Assembly: GCA_030248215.1 (NCBI GenBank)
Contig: JASANG010001402.1
Location: forward strand, 248,001 to 312,000
Direction of reading: 5' to 3'
Source of the DNA: Enoplolaimus lenunculus
Taxonomy: Eukaryota
Length of the DNA: 64,000 bases
Part shown: piece after piece, positions 39,801 through 52,755 of the stretch
Layout: every line of letters begins with the position of its first letter
Numbering within the stretch: position 1 is the first letter of the stretch
Made by a program: the position numbers and the translations under genes
Notes under the pieces: model-generated
What the model saw: only the letters and a program-made list of their open reading frames with translations
Told to the model about the DNA's origin: nothing
Database searches by the model: none

Positions 39801-42800
39801 CTCGCATCTCTTGAAACTCCCTGCGTCTTAATGCGACAAATTTCAAACCATGTAACTGGCCCAAGTAATGCTAATTACTCGTGCAAACAAAATAAACTTG
39901 AACCTGCAAGCTTGCAAAGTTGCCAGGCTGATTTGTAATGCCAGCTAGGCATAACCACTACTGTTCGTTTTAGACTCTGGGAGTCGACGGCACGAACCCC
40001 TAAGACAGCAAGCAGCGGCCACGATCAATTTCACCGCACTCAAAAGGGAATGGTATCAAGTACAGCTCGCTAAACGCTCTACAGGTGTTCTTCTTTGTTG
40101 TCGACAATAGATTCCCACTAGGTTCGGTTTGTTTCGAATACGTAGCACTTTGGTTTGTGCTCTGTGATTTTCTATCGAATTCTCTCTGATTTCCTGAAGC
40201 TCGTTTTCCAATTTTTTGCCGAATTACTGCAAACATACACTGTTGATATTTGGCATATCTGTTTAGCCTGTTCAAGGCACGTCAAAAGTCTAAAAATACA
40301 AAAATAAGAATCCATGAATTTACTCTGGTGATATATTTTATTGGTGGATGACAACATTTTTTCGCTAATATAAACTCATACATATTTTGAATCTGCAATT
40401 TTTCAAACCAAACCAAGCTAAAAACAACCCAACAATGTTGACCAATTCCAGACTTCAGCAACAAGTCTAAAACTGCATTGAACTAAAAACCTGAAATAAA
40501 GTATAATGGCTTTTCATCTTTCAAACTTTGCGGTTTAAAATATAGAGGTTACCACACTTGCAACCAAAATAGATACTTCATCTTGGTACCAAACCAACCT
40601 GAATGTAATATTCAATTTCAAGGAACTAGTATCGCACAGACCTGCTGAATAAATTAGTCGCTCACTGCAAAACAAATAGACCCGTCAAACGGTGAGTACC
40701 TAAGCATTCAAGGTACAACCAAATATTTGGCACCGGCAGATAAGAGGACATCCGGCTTCAGTAAAAACGATATCCGGGATCAGGCCCCGGCATTCTACAT
40801 TGATTTTAGTATAACGTATTAACTATATACCTATACAAATGTGTCGTAGGCCAATATACTATTCAGGACAATTACTAATCACCTAGGCCATCTGCTATTC
40901 AGTACTATAAAACCAACATTGAATGGTTAACGCCAGGGATGTGCCGATACCAAAACCTTTGCCGATGGCGATGCCGATTCTTAGTTTGAAATTTTGCCGA
41001 TGTCCATTAATAGGCAAATTCCTAGTTAACAGTATTGCGTCTGTCTAAAAAATCAAATCTGATTGGTCTATAAGTTTAATAGCACTTTAGCCTAGGCAAA
41101 ACAGCTCTCACGCAAAATAGCAGATTGGCCTAGGCCAATTAGTAATTAAAACGAATAGCAGATTGGCGTACGACAAATGTATAAAACTATACATATTTAC
41201 TACCAAAAACACTCGCAGCCACTTTCGTTCGAAAAAATGAAACAAGTAAACCTTGGCATTCCATTGAACCAAGACCGATAAGGTATTATCACGTTGAATA
41301 TTCTCAAAATGGCTGTTGCACTTTAAATTTTACTACATGCTCATATATTTTGGGACAAGGGCAATAAATCAAAAAATCTATATAGCCCAAGGCACAACAG
41401 ACATTTTAAGAATATCAACGGTGAGACTCACCTGCAGTGACCACAAATTTGAAGGAAACACATTGCTACATATACACCATGCCTACATGAGTAAATAAAC
41501 CCAAACAATGCCAACACTCTAAGCATTCGCTGGATCCCGACAGAGCACAGGTGAGCAGGGGTATCGAGAAAATTACAGTTTTGAAGGAAATTTTTTCTTT
41601 TTCTTTCCCCATTCCGAAAAATAAGAGGTACTGTTCCATAAACGAAACTCTAAGACATTGATAAGACATTAACTAAAAAGAGTTCAGAACAATTTATGCC
41701 AAGCACGGTGTTGACAAAATGGTAGATTCTACACGCTTTTTCTTTTTGAACACCTTTTAGTCAGTCTCTCAAACGTTGACCACTACTCTAGGTTTACTAT
41801 GGAAATCGAATGCGGCGAAAAACAAAGAACTCACAGAAAAAGCTATGTTCCTCACAGTATATCTGCATTCGACTCCTACAAAAAGATGGCATCACCAGTG
41901 TTGTATTCAAATTTACACTCCAACGGCTAAAAACCTGACTGTCTTACCCAGTTGACCATTGGCTTGTTCGCAAAATCCGGCTAAAATAATGAGCAAAAAT
42001 AAAATAATACCAAAACGCAACACTCTTTCGGTCACTTACCAGGTGCTCCGGTAAAACAGACTGAACGCGATAGAGGAGCATCGAGTCTGGGGTAACATGG
42101 ATTCCTTCTTCGGGTTGTTCGCTGAATTCAATATTTTCGTCATCTGAAAAATCAGCCTCATCATGATCCGCTGGTCGACTTTGCAGCACCTGAAAAACGC
42201 AATCCAACATTTTTAATATATGTTCAGTGAGCAACCAAAATCCCGGTTCCGGCATTTCCGGCAAATTCTGATTCCGGTTGCACCCTCCTGAATAGTTACT
42301 AGTTATTGTTTAACTTTTACGTTTTAAACAAATAATACAAACGTCAAATTTTATAGCGTTCTGCTATTTATAATACAAACCCAGCCACCTCGCCAGCTTT
42401 AGAACATAACTTCAATGTTTTGCCCACACAGGTTTTTCTGTGCGACAAGCTTCTTTCCATGACATTAATCTAAATTTTTTCCGTCAACTCGCCAGCTTGA
42501 AAGCAGAAAAACATGATAACAAAACTAAAAACCTATCTAATACATCCATCTGCTCAAATGTTTATTGACACAATTCTCTAAGAGTAAAACACACGGAACC
42601 TAAATATTTCGCAGCACTTTCACTCACAAAAATATTCAAAACAAATCTATAAACACTGAACAACAAATATAATATGCAAGCCACTGAAAATACATTACAT
42701 GCGATACAACACGTGCCTCATCCCATTCATCACGAAACAACAGAAAAAATTCACAGTACAAGTTTACAATCGCAAAAACACTAATATTAGTTATAATAAT

Positions 42801-44437
42801 TATGTACTATTGCAACTATGCCAATTTTTAACAGACAATCAAAATCCAAATCAAAACAAAATTTAAAAACAGAGCTATCTGTCATACATACGTTTGGTAT
42901 ATACATACTGCTTACCGATACAAGACATGCAGTTGCGTGCAACGGATGTTTGTACAAATGACTTTGATGATCTGAATCTTCGTCCAGCGTTTCCAACTGA
43001 AACAAAAAGTACATAACAGGAATAGACAGTGCTAAACACAATTGCAAGTTTCAATATATTATATATAGATATTAGAGATCACGGGGCCGCGGCCAGCTGG
43101 TGCCGGGGAAGGGGCTAGAGGGTGCCGGGGCCGGGGCCAGCAGGGGCCGGGGTCAGAGGGTGGCGGGTCCGGGGCTATACGGTACCATGGACGGTACTAG
43201 AAAAACGTATCCACTCGAATGCTAAATGAAAACGTTGCTAAAACTGCTTCACAAGGAATGGGAAGTAAAAATTTCACGTTACAACATTTTAAATTTCTAA
43301 TCGGAATCAGAATTGTGGATTTAAAAGTGCTGCTTATTACCGATACCGATGCCGATTGATCGGTACATCTTTAGCATGCTTACTCAAAAGGTACATAAAA
43401 TTTGAAGTGTTGTGTATTTTGCTAGGCTCGGCACCGGGTGTCCCCAGGACATCTCTAATACTAATAGAAATAGATAAATTTTGTATATACGCAAGTTGTA
43501 TGATTAGTAGCCCAAAGTAATTTCATTTGATATTTTAAATTCACATATATCACCGGTTTTGCAAATGCAATTTTGCCGTTTAAAATGCTGCAACATTGAT
43601 ATGTGTTCCAGTGGAACGTTTGCCATAACGCATTAAACACTTACATCATTTCGCATCTTTATATCATACGGTGTCACCTTCATTAAGATTTCATGCTTTT
43701 TGTAGCGAGAATGCCAGATTGTAAGACATTTGTGCTGAAAGCGCAACCGGATTTCGCACTGTGTAACGAGCCATCCTGACGTTTGCTTGAATTCTCCCCC
43801 TGCAAAAAGCAACATTAGTTGAGCAAAATCGTGATCAATTCGGATTTGGAATCGGTCAAATCGTGAATATGACGCCCCTTACTGCAACAAAAGTGGCGTA
43901 AATCAACATGAGGGTGTAAATATAAAAATGTATACATACAGATACATGATACAAATACAACTTACACGAATATCCAAAACGATCAGGCGATCGATCAAAC
44001 GGCAAAAAATGTTCCACAGTGACTATGCGTGGCCGTTTATGTGTCTCAGAAACTCGTATCGCAATGTCACGTGTCACAGATGACTCTATCACATCCGATT
44101 CGTTATCATTACCCGAATCATACACCGGTCGCAATAACGGAAGCGCTATAAAATACCGATACTCAATTGTATTTTTTACGGAATGCGTACAATATCCAGC
44201 ATCGTCATCGACAACTGGAGATTCCTGAATCGGCTTCACATTACAATCCCCTTCGTCAAAACGAACTGAAGCTGCCCAAATATTGCTGTCATCTGCTTTT
44301 TTTGTCAGCTGTAACGCATGTAGCGGGTCCCACGCTCCTAGTTTCTCGTGACTACCCGCAACGCACACAACCTCGCCAGGTTTGACATTAGTCGAAACAA
44401 CACAAAATCTGCAGAATCTATGTTCATCAACTGTCAT
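21324..44437 (-). CDS. GPCPD1: Glycerophosphocholine phosphodiesterase (N-terminal CBM20 starch-binding domain + GDPD domain), GPCPD1/GDE5 family, ~767-884 aa depending on 3' splicing
   Basis: Exons (minus): 44437-43966, 43799-43645, 42996-42916, 42189-42040, 37737-37470, 28153-28021, 27032-26969, 26366-26136, 25591-25424, 24992-24862, 24306-24171, 23375-23215, 22275-22126 (or stop at 22122), 21678-21324 (optional TGC|TGA exon from 21013). GT-AG, phases consistent. CBM20 motif GEVVCVAGSHEKLGAWD. GDPD motifs IGHRG, RENTIASL, GADFVEFDVQL, IYHD, PTL, GFNIEVKYP, IIFSSF, WGDD, GVDGVVYDR. Confidence 0.93.
29947..31218 (-). pseudogene. Decayed gene: N-terminal psq/CENP-B-like HTH, S/T-rich linker, Lys-rich and acidic stretch, C-terminal domain of the kind seen in pogo-like transposon proteins; no DDE core visible
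   Basis: ATG at 31218 gives MSNTG*YNVAKGPKHSAEVLDQAVELHNSGASYKK/IALATGV (stop and frameshift). Later segments: IRGKRSRATGITNDEFLAAQKQKEEKK...SSSSEDG, YLKKIWKLF...KKWFAGLYF/YIGNLENRILSENSGRVKPITLACLDP/NVVAGPFEIQFRENNKFQIPEL...IDRRKL. Multiple stops and frameshifts. Confidence 0.6.
31499..31835 (+). mobile_element. hAT-like MITE family B nested in the 5.3-kb element
   Basis: CAGGGTGCAACCGG...CCGGTTGCACTCTG, perfect 8-bp TSD ATTTACAT. Confidence 0.85.
32109..32920 (+). mobile_element. Helentron/HINE (DINE-1-like) non-autonomous rolling-circle element nested in the 5.3-kb element
   Basis: T-rich 5' boundary. Subterminal inverted repeat GCGAAGCTCG (32136) / CGAGCTTCGC (32872). 5' hairpin AACTCCGAGC-GAA-GCTCGGAGTT. 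GTCCGTCCGTC microsatellite followed by ATCTCAGGAACGGCTGAACCGATTTTGA. About 3 internal ~170-bp tandem units. 3' hairpin AGTCC-CACTA-GGACT. Confidence 0.7.
36341..36424. repeat. (TA)n microsatellite, continued after the MITE at 36799-36880
   Basis: Directly visible. Confidence 0.95.
36425..36798 (+). mobile_element. hAT-like MITE (family B, TIR CAGGGTGCAACCGG) inserted in a (TA)n tract
   Basis: CAGGGTGCAACCGGAATT...AATTCCGGTTGCACCCTG. Subterminal CCGGAA repeats. Flanks ATATATAT/ATATACAT. Confidence 0.85.
38808..39167 (-). mobile_element. hAT-like MITE family B, inverted relative to the 36425 copy
   Basis: Same TIRs, perfect 8-bp TSD CCTAAAAG. Internal sequence is the reverse complement of 36425-36798 (same spurious peptide in the ORF track on opposite strands). 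Confidence 0.88.
40842..41175. mobile_element. TGT...ACA MITE with 4-bp TSD (Ginger-like); partial second copy at ~61490-61602
   Basis: TIR TGTCGTAGGCCAAT / ATTGGCGTACGACA, TSD AATG on both sides. Confidence 0.6.
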
Positions 44438-45187
44438 TGCGAAAAGAGACCTACGTCTGGTAAATGAAGTGTTGACGGTGAAAGCACGGTTATCGCTGTT
44501 ATAACAGCAGTAGCATTCAAAGCCACCGGCTATATGAATAAGGTTTTGCTATAAAACCATATCTAATATTCTAAAAACAATCCCCGTTATTAAATTTGGC
44601 ACCAAGAAGCTGCGACCATTTCTTGTACTTGAAGATAAAAAGATGTGAATTCTTGAGAGGTTTCGATTCCATGGCTGATTGTTCGTACTGTGGTGCGCTA
44701 ACTAGTCATTCCTCTCAAACATTAACATAAGGTTCAATGCATTTTCCCTCTCTGTACATTCCAAAAGCTCAACTAATGTGGTCTAATAGATGGTGTTGTA
44801 TACATGCTTCGCCATGTCACATGCACTACTGTAAGCATGTGAGACATGCGTGGTCTAGTGCATGTTATGTAATATATGCAATACAGTCTTTAAGAGCGAC
44901 AGAATATCCGGCACCGGTATAAACCTACCAGATCCGGATATTCACGATTGTGGTCTCAAATACCATATTTATCATCTTGCTGTGATTATCTTTCTGGGCA
45001 AGTACAACTTAAGTTTTTGCCAACAGAAATAGAACAAAAAATCAACGCTAACAATTCAATTTAATTTAGCAAACATAGTTTTGCGTGGCTCAGTTATTTT
45101 CAACAGTGATCATATTTACATGCTATGTCGAGTTAATAATGCGACTCTGGCATTCGTAAATTAATATACCGTCGCACCATGCAATGT

Positions 45188-45760
45188 CTTCTTCTTTTTT
45201 GTTCCCCCATCGAGTGAACCTGTTAGCGTTATATGTAGGCAGCCGCAAGGCGGCCACTGTCACGCAACATTTCCATCACTTCTTTTGGTCGTTTCCATAT
45301 GTCCGCTATGCTGGCGTCTGAGCACAGATGCTAATTGTCTGGCCCGCTCCATGGTTGGCAGTCTGTCATCAGATGAACAATATCATCTGGCGTTTCTCCA
45401 CATAGGTTGCATTGGTCGGTATTGCTTTTCGCGGTGCGTAGGCGAAAGGTCCCCAGCATGTAACAGTGGCCATGACAGCGTAACTGGTTGAGCATTTGAA
45501 CCCTTCTACTCAGGGCCTTATCTTCAGGTGTTGCCGTGGGAATACTGACGCGTGGGAAGTGCTTATGTTGTATACCGCTCAACCACTTCGCTCTCCTCCG
45601 CCGCTTACTGCTGTTGCTGCGCTAACCTTAAGCATACTTACGATGAAAGCAGTTGGAGAGGAGGGCTGCGTGGCACAGGCGTACTTAAAGCGTTCAATTA
45701 TGTATCCGACAGATTGAAGTTCGAACCGCTCTATAACACTACTTTTCCAGCTGCTTAGTT
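45188..45760 (-). mobile_element. 5'-truncated non-LTR retrotransposon (LINE) fragment with C-terminal CCHC zinc knuckle
   Basis: ORF 45331-45582 reads ...LNQLRCHGHC...QCNLCGETPDDIVHLMTDC. The 3' end on the minus strand is GGGGGAACAAAAAAGAAGAAG (short-repeat tail). Confidence 0.7.
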
Positions 45761-48588
45761 AAATGGTCTGAAGACAAGGATTATTCTATCTATTCTTTTC
45801 AAAAGCAAGTCGCATGCCACTTCCTTCAAATGCTAAGTTCAATACATTAAACTACTTGTTTAAACCATGACTTGGCAAATCTACTTTCTTAAAGTTTTAT
45901 TTTAACCAAATCATGGTAATCAATAATTACAATTTTCAAATTTCTAGAAACATGAACAAAGTATGCAGGTCATAGCTAAGACATTAAATAAAAGTACGCT
46001 ATTGTAAACAATGTTTCAGAAAAATTGGTCGTCGTAAACTAAACAAACTGACCTTGAAATTCGTTTACAAATTTAGCATTGCATTTATTTTGCAAATAAT
46101 AGAACTTCTGTACAATATAAAAAGTTATGTTACTCGGAGAAATAGGTCTGCGCCCTGTACGTGTTTCAAGTTAAAGAGATAAGTACTTCGTTCGAGAGTA
46201 AAACTCGCTGAAGATGAGTGTTTGAAATTCGGCTAACCGAAGTGACACGAAAGTCTATTTTAATGTGAAAATATCTTGACCTCATATAGTTTCAAACAGT
46301 AGTTTAACGTTTTAATATCATTTATCGGACTATGCGAGACATAGGAAATTCAATCAGTCTATATATTTGCTGTGCTATAGCTCGGACGTTGTAGACAGAG
46401 ATCGTGGTTACTAATTCTTCAATCCTTTATTGTTCGTTTTCATAACAATTTTACATAGCCTTTGAAAACGCTTCAATTTGTTTTTCATTATATGGCCATC
46501 AAAAAAGCCTTTTATTTCCGACTACCTACTCGGTATTCGCATACAATTAAAACGGCAGTGTTCACTAACTATTTCTGTCCTAAAACATGGAGTTATCAAA
46601 AGGTCAAGCGTGCGCGGGTTGCAAACCGAATATCCGTGTCCGTTCCGGTAAAAATCGGTGTCCGATTTTGTTAAGGAAACGCTGCAAATTTTGTTGATTT
46701 TGTGCTCATTCATTGCTATTCGTTTCCACTTTATTTACTATCGGTTTACACATCTCTTTCTCAGGGGCCGATCGTTTTTTCGGTGAATTGCTGCGAACTG
46801 CATGCGCTTTAGACTAATTTTTTTGCTTAGACCTAGGCTTAAGCTTTAGGCTTCGAAATATTCTTTATACAACTGTTACGGGCCTGTTGTATACTTTGGC
46901 CTGCTTAGGCTTAGGCTCAGCCTAAGAGGCGTAGGTTTAAAGAGTTCCTTACGCTGCTGTTTATTGCCAAGATCTACACATTATCATCATTAGTTAGGGG
47001 AAATTTAAACTTGAGTTTGTTGTATTTAGCACACTTGGGATGTGATTAAAACGTGTTTACTGTGGTACAAAAAACTCAAGCAATGAAACGTCTTTATTAA
47101 AATACTGGTGTTTCCTTTCTACTGGGAAAAGTTTGCTGTTCACTTTAGTTTAAAATATTCAGCCAGCTGGGTGCAACCGGAGGTGAAAAATACCAGAGCT
47201 GGCGCTGGAGGTTAACGAAACTTGCCGGAGCCGAATGTTTAGCCGGAGGAGAGGCGAAAGTAGGTAGTAAAATGATGGTTAATTAGTTAATTTTACCTAA
47301 TATCGGCAATATGTTGTTTTAGTTTTTGGTTTTACGCTAATATACTGCGAAATTTCGGAAATTCTTTCATGAAAATTACGACAAAAGTATTAAATCAAAA
47401 CGCACTAAACAGATATATAAGTTTTGCAAAATTATGCAAAATTTTACTACTAAAACTGCCGGAAATTCTGGCAAAAATTCTTGAGAAAATTAGCGTAAAA
47501 CCAAATAACTTAACAGCATATTGCAGATATTGGCTAAAATTAACTAATTAATCTTCATTTTTTCTACATACCTAATGTTGCCTGATCTCCAGCGACCTGC
47601 TCCGGCTCCGGCAAGTTTCGTTGAACTCCGGCTGCGGCTCTGGTATTTTTCACCTCCGGTTGCACCCTGGAAGTGACCTTACATTCATAAAATCCTAAAA
47701 AATTGTTGGAAAACGTTCATTTCTTTCAAGTTTGGTACATGGAGATGGAGACAGCATGATTCCTTTGATTCCTTCTTTGGTCCGTATTTAATTAAGGACA
47801 TGCCCACTAAGCCTTAGCCTAAAGTTAGAACACATTTAATCCTTTTAATTCTAAGCCTGGAGCCTAAAAACTCAGCCTACGCTTCCTTATAACTCAAGTC
47901 CTCAGTCACACTGTCACTCAAACGGCCGGATCCTAAAATTATATAATACGGACGCTTCCTTTAATGACAACTCATTGCACTTTAAATTCTGATGAGTCGA
48001 TTAATCAACTCAGAGAGAGAATTAGTCATTTCTGGTTATTTCTGCGTTAATAAAACTAAATATTAACTCAATCTGAGCTGATTTAGTTCCAGCTGAGTTC
48101 ATTGATTAACTTAGAATGAGTTCAATCAATTCAGAATTCTGAGTTCTGAAAGATCTAATTCAGCGCTCAGGCTTCTGAGAGTGGTTTCAAATCAGTGTGA
48201 ATTAAAATCAACTCACTACAGTGTAGTTCATTTGACGTTCACCGCCATTATTGCTAGATGCCTTCCCATGATATAAACAGTTTGCCGGCTGCGTTAGATA
48301 TGCAAAATAATGTAATTTTTATTAATTTTCCGTCAAAATTTGTTTTTCATTAAAGGAAAGATTTCATACTCGAGATATGTCAAAATTTTTGCCGGTGGCA
48401 TTTGACGTTTCATTTTTAAAGAATAGCGCATATCATGAAAAAAATGGCTGATTTTTTAGATATGTTTTTAATTTTATTGCTGTGCACAGAACTGCAAGCT
48501 ACCGCCGAGTACACGCGGGTATCCGCGGCTACCGGCGGGACGGGTAAGTAAAATTTTGACGCGGGTATACTCGCGGGTAGAGAACTTC

Positions 48589-48796
48589 GGCCCATGTATC
48601 ACGGGCGGAACGTTTTTCTGTGGGTCTAGAAAAGAGTAAGCTTAAGCTTTGGACTATTTTTTCTTGGCTAGGCTTAGGCTTAGGTTTAGGCTTAATAGGA
48701 ATATAATCATTCTTACGCTAGGCTTAGGCTTAGGCTTAGGCTTAGGCTTTGGAATATGCTAATAATACTGGTTCGCCCATGTTCTTTACACTGGCC
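48589..48796. mobile_element. Family A TTAGGC-bearing MITE (further copies at ~5244, 8281, 12003, 13560, 16086, 31240, 50152, 52044, 55998/57190, 58890, 62051, 63059)
   Basis: GGCCCATG...CTGGCC termini, TSD AGAACTTC/AGAAATTC, several TTAGGC runs. The same conserved core (gctttagactaatttttt-gcttaggcttagg...aatatgcttataatactgttcc) recurs across the window. Confidence 0.8.
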
Positions 48797-51019
48797 AGAA
48801 ATTCAAAACGAGTAAAAATTTGTGATATTTAACCAGTCTAAAATTTTTTTAACAAATTTGAAACCAGATAATGTAGAAAACCTTAAATGTTTAAACTGTT
48901 TTCACCGTATGAGTGAAAAATAAGTATTACACTCTTGAAATGTGTTGTTAAATCGAAATATATTTGTGGCTTTTTGTATGGCAGCAACAATACATCTTTT
49001 ATTGCATTTGCCGACATTCTTCACGTTTCTATAGACGTTATAATATTTTTATTTGGCTTGGAACGATATGTTCATAAGCTTTCTAAGTGAGACCACAAAA
49101 AACAAATTGCGGCGAAACCATGAGTGATTTATATATACGCTCTTAACTACAATGACTTTGTACAGACAAGAAAGTTTTCATTCACTGATCACCCATCGGT
49201 AAAATCATAGTCTTATAACGGTGGATAGAAACCGAATTGTTGCCATCCGCGCATCTGTGAAACCTTTCTGAAAGTTTTTATGAAGGGAACCTGTAATAGG
49301 TTTGTTATGAAAGTTACCAATAAAGAGTTTTTAAGCGTAAATCGAGCGAGTAAGATAAACACACTGTGAAATTACATAACTGTAGTGAACGCAGCGGACA
49401 AGGCGTGTAACAGTAAACATTGCGCCTGTGTAACGGGCAAAGAATATTGGCTCGAGGGGGTAAAATATAAAATTTCCGCGGTTTAAAGCGCAGCGCGGGT
49501 AAACAATTCTTTATCCACTGTACCTATGACTCCGAAGCAAAACCTTTAACACACTGTCAATTAGTTGCGTACAGAGAGACTTGCAGTAATTGGACGGTTT
49601 CGGTGTTATATTTTGTCCCATATTTTTACCCTTAACATTTGCCTCCAACATTGGAAGATTTTTAGGCAACACATATTGTTCATAATGGTTATGTTTCCTT
49701 AAAACTACGCAGATCAACATCATAAGAATATTAAGTTACTGAAAAACTTTATTTAGTACCAAAACTAATAATCAAACCATGTCATACATTTAAGCTTTTT
49801 CGATTGGGTTTGGTTAGAAATACGGGTTTTCTTTTAACCGGCAATAAAAACAATATATCGTGAGGGGGTCGTAGCGTACCGAAGACCTTGAATTAGTACC
49901 GATAAACATCCAAAAACGTCAAAAATATTAGTTTTATTGCGATAGGATTGGTAAACCGTAAACGACAAATATTGTGGTTGTCTACTTAGAACAAAAAACA
50001 TACAGATTAAAGAAACGGTGTCGCTACCCCTCTTTTCGATACACCGCTGTAAAGAGCAAATACGAATAACAAAGTGCCACACCACAAGTGACAAACGTAG
50101 GTATATATTGCTGGAAGGGCAAAATATGGTGACAACATAATGAACTAACCTTGGTCCATGTAAAGATCAGGAGCGGAGCGTTTTTCTATGGGACTGCAAT
50201 ATAGCAAGCTTAAAATTTAGACTAATTGTTTTGCTTAGGCTTAGGTTTAAAGTAAGATATAAATTCATTCTTACGCTTACTGCAGTGACCCGAATAAGAG
50301 GGGGGACTGATATTTATTTGGCCTCTCCAAAGGATACACCCCTGTTATTCGGTTACGGACTGTTATTTGTTTTAAACCTGCCCTCCGCCATCCTTAGTTA
50401 CTGATATATCCGGTATTGCAACTATAGGTTGTATTAAACGCTTTATCCTTTCATCAAAAGCTTGAGCGATAATCCAAGGTTATACTTAATAATGTACTTT
50501 CAACATTTAAGTTAGACTGACGGAAGGCTCGGAAGAGAAAATGCAGCGTAAAAGTTTGCAACTTGAAATGCACTCACTGTGCTTAATGATAAAAGAATAG
50601 GAAGACCTTTTTAGAGCACCAACTGCATTTTGTTGTTAGGTGTCAATAAACATGGTAACTAAGCTATAGTGATTTTTTGAAATACAAGAATATGGCAAGC
50701 ATACCGTACGGTGGCATAAAATGTACAGCAGGTCACAAAACTTTTACCAGCTACTGTTGTTTCATGCTCATATTGATGTTTTAATACTCTGAGGCGGTTC
50801 CGTGATCTTTTGCTAGCGGTGGATTGGATGCTGATTGTGTTCCGAAATTTTCCAGTTTTAAAGCTCGTTTTTGGCAAGTTATTCTAATGTTTTAAGGGAT
50901 AGATTCCTACCGTCAACCACGAAATCTGACTTGTGTTATAATTTTGCTTCATGACAGGGTAAAAGCGTGTGATTTTTAAGCTTTACATTGTTTCGCCCAA
51001 GCGAAGTTGAGAATTAATC

Positions 51020-51800
51020 GGCTGCAAAATTTTCCGTAATTTTTTGAATTTCGGCTGCAAAATTTTTCGTAATTTTTTGAATTTAGGCTGCAAAATTCTT
51101 CGTAATTTTTTGAATTTAGGCTGCAAAATTTTTCGTAATTTTTTGAATTTAGGCTGCAAAATTTTTAGTAATTTTTTTGAATTTAGGCTGCAAAATTCTT
51201 CGTAATTTTTTGAATTTAGGCTGCAAAATTTTTAGTAATTTTTTTGAATTTAGGCTGCAAAATTCTTCGTAATTTTTTGAATTTAGGCTGCAAAATTTTT
51301 CGTAATTTTTTGAATTTAGGCTGCCAATTTTCTCGTAATTTTTTTAATTTAGGCTGCAAAATTTTTCGTAATTTTTCTAAATTTCTGCAGCGAAATTTTC
51401 GGATTTTTTTAATTTAGGCTAGAAAATTTTTCGTAATTTTTTTAAATTTCTGCAGCGAAATTTTTTGTATTTTTTAATTGAGGCTGCAAAATTTTTCGTA
51501 ATTTTTTTGAATTTAGGCTGCAAAATTGTTCGTAATTTTTTTTAATTTAGGCTGCAAAATTTTTCGTAATTTTTTTTAAATTTCTGCAGCGAAATTTCAG
51601 TATTTTTAATTTAGGCTGCAAAATTTTTCGTAATTTTTTTAAATTTCTGCAGCGAAATTTTTTTGTATTTTTTAATTGAGGCTGTTAAATTTTTCGTAAT
51701 TTTTTAAATTTTGGCTGCAAAATTTTTTGTAATTTTTGTGAATTTAGGCTGCAAAATTTTTCGTAAGTTTTTTGAATTTAGGCTGCAAAATTTTTCGTAA
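51020..51800 (+). repeat. ~33-bp satellite (TTTAGGCTGCAAAATTTTTCGTAATTTTTTGAA), ~23 copies
   Basis: Directly visible tandem array with a second unit type (TTTCTGCAGCGAAA) interspersed. Confidence 0.95.
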
Positions 51801-52336
51801 GTTTTGAAGTTTGGCAGCAAACCTTGTTGTCATATTTTGAATTTCGGCAATTAGCGACGTTCTTCGCCGCTTGCCGCATATTTGGTTCCCTGCACTGATT
51901 TACAAGAGATCCATAAAAGCAAAGTAAAAAGCACAGACGTCGCAAATTTTTAAACCGACTTGTATCTCCAACATGAATATTTTTCAGAAATTTCGACAAA
52001 AATAAATTGTAACCTTCAGATGCTTCATTTCCATCTCAAAATCGGGCAATGTAAAGAACAGGGGCGGAACAGTATTATAAGCATATTCGTAAGACTAAGC
52101 CTAAGCCTAAACCTAAGCTTAAAAATGAGTTTATACCTAAGCCTAATCCTAAGCCAGGCAAAAAATTAGTCTAAAGCTAAAGCTTACTCTATCCGAGTCC
52201 AACAGAAAAACGTTCCGATACTGATCTTTGCATGGGCCGCAAAATTTTCACCGCGGCAGTGCTGGTGAATCTATATTACATTTCCCATGCTTACTGCATG
52301 TGACCCTGTAATACTGGCATCATGAACATGTTTGCA

Positions 52337-52755
52337 TAAGCCTAAGCCTAAGCCTAAGCCTAAGCCTAAAGCCTAAACCTAAACCTAAGCCTAAGCCTAA
52401 GCCTAAGCCTAAGCCTAAGCCTAAGCCTAAGCCTAAGCCTAAGCCTAAGCCTAAGCCTAAGCCTAAGCCTAAGCCTAAGCCTAAGCCTAAGCCTAAGCCT
52501 AAGCCTAAACCTAAGCCTAAGCCTAAGCCTATGCCTAAGCCTAAGCCTAAGCCTAAGCCTAAGCCTAAAGCCTAAACCTAAACCTAAGCCTAAGCCTAAG
52601 CCTATGCCTAAGCCTAAGCCTAAGCCTAAGCCTAAGCCTAAAGCCTAAACCTAAACCTAAGCCTAAGCCTAAGCCTATGCCTAAGCCTAAGCCTATGCCT
52701 AAGCCTAAGCCTAAGCCTAAACCTAAGCCTAAGCCTAAGCCTAAGCCTAAGCCTA
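52337..52755 (+). repeat. Interstitial telomere-type array (GCCTAA)n, ~70 units with variants
   Basis: Directly visible. Reverse complement of the nematode telomere repeat TTAGGC. Confidence 0.97.

Noticed and set aside
5855..44437. Intron-encoded telomerase RNA template
   Set aside because: The TTAGGC runs examined are explained by MITE copies, and no unique template with H/ACA context could be discerned.
51020..51800. CRISPR-like periodicity
   Set aside because: Contiguous tandem units without unique spacers, in a eukaryotic context.
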